This document shows, in pieces, positions 22,624-31,256 of a DNA stretch of 56,979 nt. The stretch is from Bacteroidales bacterium Bact_07 (GTDB taxonomy: Bacteria; Bacteroidota; Bacteroidia; Bacteroidales; Tenuifilaceae): the NCBI GenBank assembly GCA_001603415.1, contig LUYY01000022.1, positions 1-56,979 on the forward strand. Direction: 5' to 3'. The translations under genes were made by a program, and so were the position numbers. The stretch's first letter is position 1; each line of letters starts with the position of its first letter. The notes beneath the pieces are model-generated. The model searched no databases. It was not told the DNA's origin and saw nothing but the letters and a program-made list of their open reading frames with translations.

Positions 22624-23472
22624 ATGAAATTTATTGGAGCACACGTAAGTGCAGCAGGAGGGGTTGAGAACGCCCCTTTGAATGCTCAAAAAATTGGAGC
22701 AACTGCTTTCGCTTTGTTTACCAAAAACCAACGTCAATGGGAGGCGCCGGCTCTTACCCCAAAAAGTATCGATACTTTTAAAGCAAACTGTCAAAAATTT
22801 GGATACACACCTGCTCAAATACTGCCACACGACAGTTACCTAATAAATCTTGGCAATCCCGATAAGGCAGCACTTGAAAAATCGCGCAATGCTTTTTTTG
22901 ATGAGATGATGCGCTGCCAGCAGCTTGGTCTGGATAGGTTAAACTTTCACCCAGGGAGCCACCTCAACCAGATTACCGAAGAAGAAAGCCTGCTGCTCAT
23001 TGCCGAATCAATCAATATGGCGTTGGAACGCACCCAGGGTGTTACCGCTGTTATTGAAAATACATCGGGACAGGGCAGCAACCTGGGATACACCTTTGAG
23101 CAAATCCAGTACATTATAGAGCATATTGACGACAAAACCCGTGTAGGCGTCTGTATTGATACCTGCCATGCCTTTACGGCAGGTTACGATATATCGACAC
23201 CCGAAGCCTTTGAAAAAACTTTTAGCCTCTTCGACAAGGTGATAGGATTTAAATACCTAAAAGGCATTCACCTCAACGATACCAAAAAAGCATTGCGAAG
23301 CAGGGTTGACCGTCACGAAAATTTAGGCGATGGTATTTTAGGATTGGAGCCGTTCCGGCTCATTATGGCTGACCCTCGCTTCAATGGAATTCCATTAATA
23401 CTTGAAACACCCGATGAATCGCGCTGGGCCGCCGAAATTATGATGCTAAAGAAATTTGCAAATGCTTTATAG
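22624..23472 (+). CDS. nfo: endonuclease IV
   Basis: [47 protein letters not shown]. Confidence 0.97.
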   Translation: MKFIGAHVSAAGGVENAPLNAQKIGATAFALFTKNQRQWEAPALTPKSIDTFKANCQKFGYTPAQILPHDSYLINLGNPDKAALEKSRNAFFDEMMRCQQLGLDRLNFHPGSHLNQITEEESLLLIAESINMALERTQGVTAVIENTSGQGSNLGYTFEQIQYIIEHIDDKTRVGVCIDTCHAFTAGYDISTPEAFEKTFSLFDKVIGFKYLKGIHLNDTKKALRSRVDRHENLGDGILGLEPFRLIMADPRFNGIPLILETPDESRWAAEIMMLKKFANAL

Positions 23473-23536
23473 CAAATATTAAGCAAAAAAACTCATTATC
23501 TCCTAAGAAGTTTATAACCTACATAAAAAATGAGCC

Positions 23537-24748
23537 ATGGATATACAAACCCTTTACCCGGATTTTGAAGATGCACTGGTTAACGAGCTTAAGCAGTTGC
23601 AGGTAATGGAAATAGATGCAGGAATGGAGATACCCATGCATGGTAATGTTGCGTCGCATATCCCTTTGGGCGTTGAAGGGTCGGTTCGTGTATTTGGACG
23701 CGACAGCGAGGGACATGAAGCCGATTTGTACGAGGTTAAGCCGGGAGTGGCCTGTATTGTTTCGTTTACTTCGGCCATGATTGATACTCCGGCTATAACC
23801 TATGCCAAGGCAAAGCAAAAATCAAAAATTATTCCTGTTCCCAAGGAACTGTCAAACTCATGGTTTGTTAAGTACCCCTCGTGGCGGCAATACATTATTG
23901 GGTTATACCAGAACCGCCTCGATGAGCTTATCAAACAGAATGAAAGGGTTGTAGCCCAAAAAGAAATGATTGAAACACAAAAAAATCAGATAATCCAGAG
24001 CATTAACTATGCCCGAAACATTCAGAAAGCAGTTTTGCCTGTTGAGAGCCAGCTTAAGGAGTTTTTTGCCGACTACTTTATACTTTATATTCCCAAGGAT
24101 ATTGTTTCCGGTGATTTTTACTGGACATACTACCTAAACGACAAGGTATTCTTTGCCGCTGCCGATGCTACCGGCCATGGGGTGCCCGGAGCTTTTATGA
24201 GTATGTTAGGCATATCGCTTATGAATGAGATCTGCAATAACTTTAGCGGTAACGCCTCGGACTTTTTAAACACCATGCGATACAAAACCAAGGAGGCACT
24301 TAAGCAAACCAACTTTGACTCTGGCCCCCGCGACGGGTTTGATATACAGCTTTGCATTTTACACACCCGCCAAGGCATTGTTGAGTATGCTGGCGCAAAC
24401 AATAACCTTTTGCTAAGTAGAAACAACCAAATTATAGAGTTTAATGCCGATAAAATGCCTGTTGGGGTTGCCTACAAGGAAGAGAAACCGTTTACCAATC
24501 ACTCCATACGAGTGCAAGATAACGATATATTTTACCTTTTTTCCGATGGGTATAAGGATCAATTTGGAGGACCTGAACAGCAAAAGTTTTCCAAGAAAAG
24601 GTTTTACAACCTGCTAAGCCAGGTAAGTCCAAAACCGCTTGCCGAACAAAAAGAAATTCTTGAAAAACATTTTAACGAATGGAAGGGCAGCAATACACAG
24701 GTTGACGATGTTCTGGTTATGGGAATAAAAATCAGGGCTAAGGACTAA
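23537..24748 (+). CDS. cNMP-binding/Crp-like N-terminal domain fused to SpoIIE/PP2C phosphatase
   Basis: N-term IPLGVEGSVRVFGRDSEGHEADLYEVKPGVACIVS resembles Crp effector barrels; C-term VSGDFYW, ADATGHGVPGA, SDGYKDQFGG, QVDD. Confidence 0.85.
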   Translation: MDIQTLYPDFEDALVNELKQLQVMEIDAGMEIPMHGNVASHIPLGVEGSVRVFGRDSEGHEADLYEVKPGVACIVSFTSAMIDTPAITYAKAKQKSKIIPVPKELSNSWFVKYPSWRQYIIGLYQNRLDELIKQNERVVAQKEMIETQKNQIIQSINYARNIQKAVLPVESQLKEFFADYFILYIPKDIVSGDFYWTYYLNDKVFFAAADATGHGVPGAFMSMLGISLMNEICNNFSGNASDFLNTMRYKTKEALKQTNFDSGPRDGFDIQLCILHTRQGIVEYAGANNNLLLSRNNQIIEFNADKMPVGVAYKEEKPFTNHSIRVQDNDIFYLFSDGYKDQFGGPEQQKFSKKRFYNLLSQVSPKPLAEQKEILEKHFNEWKGSNTQVDDVLVMGIKIRAKD

Positions 24749-25080
24749 CAAAACTTAAAGTTATACCATTCCATGCTATCACTTATTCACTGATAAAAAT
24801 TTAAACAACTGTATTGATCCCAAGTGTATTGCTTGGGTAGTGTATAGCTATAAAACATTGCCATTAAAATTTGATACTGAAAGCTTCAGGTAATCAATTA
24901 ATGAAATCTGTTTTTAATTGAAATCACCTTATTTATCTCAAACGTTTTTTTAAAATAAAAAATAACTAAAAGGTTCTACCAATGCATATACCCATTGGAA
25001 TAAAAAGGATATCGTCGGTTTCGCATCCTGAAAAAGGGTATTGTATAAAAATTCTAGGAAATTTTATTTCAGAGATGCAA

Positions 25081-25108
25081 AAAAGAGGCCATGGATTATC
25101 CATGGCCT
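25081..25108 (-). terminator. intrinsic terminator after the deoxyhypusine synthase-like gene
   Basis: AGGCCATGGA-taa-TCCATGGCCT followed by CTTTTT on the minus strand. Confidence 0.8.
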
Positions 25109-25137
25109 ATGCATATGAATTTGAGAGATGATTCCTT

Positions 25138-26115
25138 TTACCACCCCAACACGTATGCAAAAATTAGCGGTGCCACAATGGTAGCATCGGATTCAATAAT
25201 GAATTTTGGGGTATCGATATTAAGCTTACCCCAGGTTATTTTTTCGTTGGGTACAGCCCCCGAGTAAGAGCCATAGCTGGTGGTTGAGTCGCTGATTTGG
25301 CAGAAATAGCTCCAGAAAGGTACTCCGGTTCTCTCTAAATCCTGATGGAGCATGGGAACCACACAAATGGGGAAATCGCCGGCAATACCACCGCCAATCT
25401 GGAAGAATCCAACACCCTCGGTTCCGGCATTGTTGGTGTACCAGTCGGCAAGGTACATCATGTACTCAATACCCGATTTTACAATCGATGGTTTTAGCTC
25501 GCCGGTTATACAGTACGAGGCAAAAATGTTACCCATGGTTGAGTCTTCCCAGCCAGGGACCACGATAGGCAAGTTCTTTTCGGCAGCAGCAATCATCCAT
25601 GAGTTTTTTGGGTCAATTTGGTAGTATTGCTCAAGCACTCCGCTACGGAGCATTTTGTACATATACTCGTGAGGGAAGTAGCGCTCACCTTTATCTTGTG
25701 CTTCCTTCCATACATCAAACAGGTGCGATTGTAAACGGCGGAAAGCCTCTTCCTCCGGGATACAGGTATCGGTTACACGGTTTAAACCGCTCTGTAGCAG
25801 TTCCCATTCCTGTTGAGGCGTAAGGTCGCGGTAGTGCGGAACGCGTTTATAGTGATTGTGAGCAACCAGATTCATAAGATCCTCCTCAAGGTTAGCACCA
25901 GTGCACGAAATGATTTGGACCTTATCCTGGCGTATCATTTCGGCTAGGCTGATACCAAGCTCAGCGGTGCTCATGGCACCGGCTAGGGTTATCATCATCT
26001 TTTTCCCGCTCTCAACATGAGCCTTGTAAGCCTTGGCTGCATCAACCAGTGTGGCTGAGTTGAAGTGCAGGTAGTGCTTCTCTATAAACGAAGTTATAGG
26101 TTTACTACTGTTCAT
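25138..26115 (-). CDS. deoxyhypusine synthase-like protein (bacterial DHS/homospermidine synthase type)
   Basis: TLAGAMSTAELG, CTGANLEED, QIGGG, SYSGAVPNEKITWGK, DATIVAPL. Confidence 0.92.
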   Translation of the reverse strand: MNSSKPITSFIEKHYLHFNSATLVDAAKAYKAHVESGKKMMITLAGAMSTAELGISLAEMIRQDKVQIISCTGANLEEDLMNLVAHNHYKRVPHYRDLTPQQEWELLQSGLNRVTDTCIPEEEAFRRLQSHLFDVWKEAQDKGERYFPHEYMYKMLRSGVLEQYYQIDPKNSWMIAAAEKNLPIVVPGWEDSTMGNIFASYCITGELKPSIVKSGIEYMMYLADWYTNNAGTEGVGFFQIGGGIAGDFPICVVPMLHQDLERTGVPFWSYFCQISDSTTSYGSYSGAVPNEKITWGKLNIDTPKFIIESDATIVAPLIFAYVLGW

Positions 26116-26153
26116 TGTTTTAAGTGTTTACAGGTTGATACTAAATTGATATG

Positions 26154-26594
26154 CTACTTTACAGGAATTTTCTCAACTCTACGGGCATGGCGTCCACCCT
26201 CGAAACGGGCATCAAGAAAAGCCTTAACAATCTGCTTTGCCTCGCTTACACTTACAAACCTTGCGGGTATAGCGCAAACATTGGCATCGTTATGCTGGCG
26301 GGCAAGTGTTGCAATTTCGGGAATCCAGCACAAAGCCGACCGTACCCCCTGATGCTTATTGGCTGTAATTGATACTCCATTGCCGCTGCCACAAAGCAAA
26401 ATGCCTAACTGGTAATCGCCCTTTTCAATGGCAGTTGCTAAGGGGTGTGCAAAATCAGGATAGTCCACACTATCCTCGCCGTGTGTTCCAAAATCCCATA
26501 CACTGTAACCTAACTCTGCAAGGTATTTCTTCAACTCCTCCTTGGTTGCATACCCTGCATGGTCCGATGCTATGGCAAGCGTTGGTTTACTCAT
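26154..26594 (-). CDS. rpiB: ribose-5-phosphate isomerase B
   Basis: ASDHAG, VDYPD, CGSGNG, ARQHNDAN, FEGGRH. Confidence 0.97.
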   Translation of the reverse strand: MSKPTLAIASDHAGYATKEELKKYLAELGYSVWDFGTHGEDSVDYPDFAHPLATAIEKGDYQLGILLCGSGNGVSITANKHQGVRSALCWIPEIATLARQHNDANVCAIPARFVSVSEAKQIVKAFLDARFEGGRHARRVEKIPVK

Positions 26595-26601
26595 ATTATC
26601 A

Positions 26602-26857
26602 GAGATTCAAAATTCAAGATTCAAAATTCAAGATTCAAAATTCAAGATTCAAAATTCAAGATTCAAAATTCAAAATTCAAAATTCAAAATTCAAAATTCA
26701 AGATTCAAGATTCAAAATTCAAAATTCAAAATTCAAGATTCAAAATTAAGATTCAAGATTCAAAATTCAAAATTCAAAATTCAAGATTCAAAATTAAGAT
26801 TTAAGATTCAAAATTCAAGATTCAAGATTCTGTCCCGTGAAGCGAGATTTAAGATTC
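26602..26857 (-). repeat. heptamer array AA(G/A)ATTC on +: 33 units, a GC palindrome, then 2 more units; downstream arm of the four-helix-bundle gene
   Basis: 33 units counted at 26602-26830 (two are 6 nt), then TGTCCCGTGAAGC, then GAGATTT AAGATTC. Confidence 0.97.
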
Positions 26858-27242
26858 AAGTTTTATATTTAATTCCTTTATAATCCGATTTTTTTAGATA
26901 TGATATAAATCCTGATAGTTTTTTACTAATTGATAAAAGCATTTCAACTACGCGATCACATTCTTGCTTTGTAATATAACCAAAATCAAATGCTCTATAA
27001 ATCTGAGATCTTGTTTCTCCACAAGAGCCTTTAGATATAAATAAAAATTGAATTAATTCTTTATTCCCTCCACGCTCAAATCCCTCGGCAATATTGTCCA
27101 TGATTGAACCACTTGATGAAAGAATCTGATTTCTTAAAATATAATCTTTCGCAAATTTTTCATTATCACATAAGCCTTTTATAAATCTACATAATTCTCT
27201 TGCATCTTGCCAAATATCAATATCTTCAAATCTCTCAATCAT
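26856..27242 (-). CDS. four helix bundle protein (23S rRNA intervening-sequence protein / TIGR02436 family), 128 aa
   Basis: FEDIDIWQ..LRNQILSSSGSIMDNIAEGFERGGNKELIQFLFISKGSCGETRSQ; start set at MIERF because the upstream extension is translated repeat; ~29% GC by hand count of 26881-27240. Confidence 0.93.
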   Translation of the reverse strand: MIERFEDIDIWQDARELCRFIKGLCDNEKFAKDYILRNQILSSSGSIMDNIAEGFERGGNKELIQFLFISKGSCGETRSQIYRAFDFGYITKQECDRVVEMLLSISKKLSGFISYLKKSDYKGIKYKT

Positions 27243-27248
27243 TATCTC

Positions 27249-27367
27249 TGAAATCTGGAATCCCGCAAAGGCGGGACAGGTTCTGGAATCTGAAATCTTA
27301 AATCTGAAATCTGGAATCTGGAATCTGAAATCTGGAATCTGAAATCTGGAATCTGAAATCTCGGAAC
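27249..27367 (-). repeat. heptamer array TG(A/G)AATC on +: 2 units, a GC palindrome, then 11 units; upstream arm of the four-helix-bundle gene
   Basis: units at 27249-27262 and 27284-27360, interrupted by TCCCGCAAAGGCGGGA; begins right after the ugd stop codon. Confidence 0.96.
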
Positions 27368-28752
27368 TAATAACTTTTCCCAATCGCTTTTACCTTAAAT
27401 CCAATTTCCAAAAGTTTTTTATGATCAAGAATATTGCGGCCATCGAAGATAAAGGCGGGTTTCATCATGTTATCGAATATGCGCTGCCAGTCGTAGGTTT
27501 TGAACTCGTCCCATTCGGTGATGATGGCAATGGCATGGGCATTCTTGCAGGCTTCGTAGGGGTCGCTAACTACCGTCAGGTGTTTACGATTCTCATCCGG
27601 TGAACGTGTTCCCAAATAATCCAGATCGGCGTACATGCTTTTAGCCGGTACCTTGGGGTCGTACACCCAGATGTTGGCCATATCGTTGAGCAGGTGATCG
27701 GCAACATAAATGGCTGCGCTCTCGCGGGTATCGTTGGTATCCTTTTTAAAGGCCCAGCCTAACATGGCAATTTTTTTGCCACTAACCGTATTAAACAGGG
27801 TGTGAATGATATTCTGAGCAAACCGACGCTTCTGATAATCGTTAAGGGCTATTACCTGCTCCCAGTAACGGGCCACTTCAGGCAAGCCAAAGTACTCACA
27901 AAGGTAAACCAGGTTAAGGATATCCTTTTGGAAACAGGACCCACCAAAGCCAACCGAGGCTTTCAGGAACTTAGGTCCAATGCGCGAATCGGTACCAATG
28001 GCATAGGCCACCTCGTCCACATCGGCGCCAGTTGCCTCGCAAAGAGCTGAAATGCTATTGATTGACGAAATACGCTGAGCAAGGAAAGCATTGGCTGTGA
28101 GCTTTGAAAGTTCCGACGACCAAAGGCGGGTTTGTATGATACGCTCACGAGGCACCCAACCAGCATAAACCTGAGTTAGAGCCTCAATGGCAGCAAGGCC
28201 CTCAGGTGTTTGATCGCCACCAATCAGAACCCTATCGGGTTCAAGTAAATCCTTAATGGCAGTTCCCTCGGCAAGAAATTCGGGGTTTGAAAGTACCTGA
28301 AAACGTGCCTTATTCCCAGTTTCGGAAAGAATAGTTTTAATAGCCTGGGCTGTACGTACTGGTAGTGTTGACTTTTCAACCACAATCTTATCGGTTGTAG
28401 CCACCTCGGCAATTTGTCGGGCACAAAGCTCAACATACCGCAAATCGGCGGCTCTGCCCTTGCCTAACCCATAGGTTTTGGTAGGAGTGTTTACGCTAAT
28501 GAATATCATATCGGCCTCACGGATTCCTTTTTCGATGTCGGTGTCGAAGAAAAGGTTACGACCGCGTGCCAGTTTAACCACATCGAGCAATCCGGGTTCA
28601 TAAACGGGTAAATCGTCGGTATTCCATGCTGCAATGCGCTCAGCATTGATATCTACAACGTTTACCCTAATATGCGGATTTTTTAGGGCAATTACCGCCA
28701 TTGTGGGTCCACCCACATAACCAGCACCGATGCAGCAGATGTTTTTTATCAT
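27367..28752 (-). CDS. ugd: UDP-glucose 6-dehydrogenase
   Basis: [51 protein letters not shown]. Confidence 0.95.
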   Translation of the reverse strand: MIKNICCIGAGYVGGPTMAVIALKNPHIRVNVVDINAERIAAWNTDDLPVYEPGLLDVVKLARGRNLFFDTDIEKGIREADMIFISVNTPTKTYGLGKGRAADLRYVELCARQIAEVATTDKIVVEKSTLPVRTAQAIKTILSETGNKARFQVLSNPEFLAEGTAIKDLLEPDRVLIGGDQTPEGLAAIEALTQVYAGWVPRERIIQTRLWSSELSKLTANAFLAQRISSINSISALCEATGADVDEVAYAIGTDSRIGPKFLKASVGFGGSCFQKDILNLVYLCEYFGLPEVARYWEQVIALNDYQKRRFAQNIIHTLFNTVSGKKIAMLGWAFKKDTNDTRESAAIYVADHLLNDMANIWVYDPKVPAKSMYADLDYLGTRSPDENRKHLTVVSDPYEACKNAHAIAIITEWDEFKTYDWQRIFDNMMKPAFIFDGRNILDHKKLLEIGFKVKAIGKSY

Positions 28753-28753
28753 A

Positions 28754-28830
28754 AAGTTCAAGGTTTAAAGTTCAAGGTTCAGGGTTCAAGGTTTAAGGTT
28801 CAAGGTTTAAGGTTCAAGGTTCAAGGTTCA
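28754..28830 (-). repeat. heptamer array, 11 units of consensus AGGTTCA on +
   Basis: counted directly; ends 1 nt before the ugd ATG. Confidence 0.95.
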
Positions 28831-28959
28831 AGGCTAACGTTTAACATCTTTACAGCTTCGCCCTGTCAGTCACACCGGATTGGTATGACCTACCAAGGTT
28901 TATGGTACGAAAATAATACAAATTGGGCAAAGAGCCCGAAAAATTTTGTCACTAAATAT

Positions 28960-28983
28960 AAACAAAGCCCCACGAGGGGGCTT
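28960..28983 (-). terminator. intrinsic terminator after the wbpA-like gene
   Basis: AAGCCCC-ctcgt-GGGGCTT followed by TGTTT on the minus strand. Confidence 0.7.
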
Positions 28984-29009
28984 AATATTTTGAAAATCAA
29001 TTTGATGTT

Positions 29010-30302
29010 TTACAAGCTCCAGTAAGTTAAATCATGTATTTTCCCTCGGTAGATACCCTTAACATCTACAAAAACGCAACCGGTATTGGCAAGGTTTTTA
29101 AACCAATCGTCATTAAGGTTGATGTACTGGTGATGGCTTACGGCAACTATTATGGCATCGTACTTGCCTTTAGGATCTGAGACCATATCGAAACCATACT
29201 CTTCCTTAACCTCATGGCTATCGGCGTAAGGGTCAATAACATCGATATTCTGCACGCCGAACGATTTTAACTCGTTGTAAATATCAACCACTTTAGAGTT
29301 ACGAATATCGCTTACATTCTCCTTGAAAGTAACCCCCATGATGAGAACGCGTGAATCCTTTGGGTTTTTATCGGCAGCAATAATTTTCTTAACGGTTTGC
29401 TTAGCCACATAACCACCCATGGAGTCGTTGATAAAACGACCAGCAGTAATGATTTGTGGGTGGTAGCCTAGTTCTTTAGCCTTGTAAACCAGGTAGTAAG
29501 GATCAACCCCAATACAATGACCACCCACAAGGCCGGGATAAAATTTTAAAAAGTTCCACTTGGTTCCAGCTGCCTCAAGCACCTCGTAAGTGTTAATACC
29601 CATGCGGTTAAAAATGATGGAGAGTTCATTCATAAAGGCGATATTGATATCGCGTTGGGTATTTTCAATAATCTTTGCAGCCTCAGCAACCTTAATGGAG
29701 CTGGCACGGTGAATGCCTGCCTTAATAATAAGCTCATAGGTTTTAGCAATCTCCTCAGCCGATTGGGCATCGCAACCGGAAGTAATTTTTTTGATTGTGG
29801 TTAAGGTATGCTCCTTGTCGCCAGGGTTAATGCGTTCGGGCGAAAAGCCTACTTTAAAATCCTGAATGTACTTTAGGCCTGAAAGCTCCTCAAGCAAAGG
29901 AACGCAATCCTCCTCGGTACAGCCCGGATAAACGGTCGACTCGTAAACCACATAATCGCCCTTTTTTAGAACTTGGCCAACTGTGCGGGTTGCTGAAAGT
30001 AATGGCTTTAAGTCGGGCAGGTTGTGCTCATCGATAGGTGTTGGCACAGCCACCACGTAGAACTTGGCCTTACTTAAATCATCGATGTTGGATGTAAACT
30101 CAATATCACAACCCCTAAAGGCCTCGGGTTCCAGCTCACGGCTGGGGTCAATACCCTTTTTCATCAGTTCTACCCTGTCGGGTTTAATATCGAAACCGAT
30201 AACTGAGAGTTTACGGGCAAATTCCAATGCAATGGGCAAACCCACGTACCCTAAACCAATAACTGCTAATTTTTCCTTTTTTGAAACAAGTTCGCTATAC
30301 AT
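29010..30302 (-). CDS. UDP-N-acetyl-hexosamine 6-dehydrogenase (WbpA/WbpO/TviB family)
   Basis: GLGYVGLP, YESTVYPG, SPERINPGD, GGHCIGVDPYYL, FKENVSDIRNSK. Confidence 0.93.
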   Translation of the reverse strand: MYSELVSKKEKLAVIGLGYVGLPIALEFARKLSVIGFDIKPDRVELMKKGIDPSRELEPEAFRGCDIEFTSNIDDLSKAKFYVVAVPTPIDEHNLPDLKPLLSATRTVGQVLKKGDYVVYESTVYPGCTEEDCVPLLEELSGLKYIQDFKVGFSPERINPGDKEHTLTTIKKITSGCDAQSAEEIAKTYELIIKAGIHRASSIKVAEAAKIIENTQRDINIAFMNELSIIFNRMGINTYEVLEAAGTKWNFLKFYPGLVGGHCIGVDPYYLVYKAKELGYHPQIITAGRFINDSMGGYVAKQTVKKIIAADKNPKDSRVLIMGVTFKENVSDIRNSKVVDIYNELKSFGVQNIDVIDPYADSHEVKEEYGFDMVSDPKGKYDAIIVAVSHHQYINLNDDWFKNLANTGCVFVDVKGIYRGKIHDLTYWSL

Positions 30303-30305
30303 AGA

Positions 30306-31253
30306 TTAAAGATTGATTGTTTTACAGAACGGGTGAAAATCGCCGGTTAAACCAACCGGTGCCATATTTCGAATGGTATAAACGGTTTCAATTGAAGAGC
30401 GGGCATCGTTTAACCCGAAGCTATTACCTGCAAGAATCTCACGGTAACTAGTAGTATGCAAATCGGTAAAGCCCTCGCTAAACTCCAACTCCTTATCGGC
30501 AATGCGAATGGAACGGTATGTCCGCTGCCCCTTCTCCTTGAGGGCATTTGGAATATCATCATAGTCAACGCTTAAGAACCATCGAACACGAGCCTTTTCC
30601 AGTTCCAGATAACCAGCAGCTTTGTCGGGACGGGAAACATGCACAATGCTCGACTTAACATCACCAAAAATCCACGATAGCATATCGAAGAAATGCACAC
30701 CGATATTGGTGGCTACCCCACCCGACTTCTGGAGATCACCTTTCCATGAGATGAAATACCAACGTCCACGGCTGGTAATGTAGGTTAGATCGATATCAAA
30801 AATCTTATCCTTAGGGGCGCTGTCGATCTGCTTTTTCAGCTCAATGATAGTAGGATGTAACCTAAGTTGAAGTATTGTGCTGATACGTTTGCCGGTTTCC
30901 TTTTCAATTTCCGCAAGGGCATCAATATTCCAGGGATTTAGAACTATTGGTTTTTCGCAAATAGCGTTAGCTCCCTGCCGAAGTGCAAAACGGATATGCG
31001 AATCGTGAAGGTAGTTTGGTGTACAAATGCTAACGTAATCAACCTTAATACCCTGACGTTTGAGTTTATCGATATGCCTATCGAACCTTTCGTACTCCAC
31101 AAAAAAATCGGCTTCGGGAAAATAGCTATCCATTATTCCCACACAGTCGTGCTTGTCGAGCGCAGCTAGAAGATTATTACCGGTTTCCTTAATTGCTTTA
31201 AGGTGACGTGGAGCGATAAAACCGGCCGCTCCAATAAGTGCAAAATTCTTCAT
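30306..31253 (-). CDS. wbpB: UDP-GlcNAcA 3-dehydrogenase (WbpB/WlbA-like, Gfo/Idh/MocA)
   Basis: FALIGAAGFIAPRH, CTPNYLH, CEKP, TNIGVHFFD, EFSEGFTDLH. Confidence 0.9.
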   Translation of the reverse strand: MKNFALIGAAGFIAPRHLKAIKETGNNLLAALDKHDCVGIMDSYFPEADFFVEYERFDRHIDKLKRQGIKVDYVSICTPNYLHDSHIRFALRQGANAICEKPIVLNPWNIDALAEIEKETGKRISTILQLRLHPTIIELKKQIDSAPKDKIFDIDLTYITSRGRWYFISWKGDLQKSGGVATNIGVHFFDMLSWIFGDVKSSIVHVSRPDKAAGYLELEKARVRWFLSVDYDDIPNALKEKGQRTYRSIRIADKELEFSEGFTDLHTTSYREILAGNSFGLNDARSSIETVYTIRNMAPVGLTGDFHPFCKTINL

Positions 31254-31256
31254 TAG

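Noticed and set aside
24749-25080. AT-rich gap between convergent genes
   Set aside because: No ORF, repeat or structure found other than the terminator.
26602-26830. Possible CRISPR array
   Set aside because: Contiguous 7-mers with no unique spacers and no cas genes.
26369-26883. Plus-strand ORFs with repeated FKIQNS/QDSKFK peptides
   Set aside because: They are translations of the stop-free heptamer array and are antisense to rpiB; there is no evidence of coding.
26856-27242. Possible diversity-generating retroelement (Avd-like gene) or rRNA intervening sequence
   Set aside because: No reverse transcriptase, no TR/VR pair and no rRNA gene are seen in the window.
27243-27383. 47-aa N-terminal extension of the four-helix-bundle ORF
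   Set aside because: It is translated repeat with a TTG start inside ugd; family similarity begins at MIERFED (ATG 27242).
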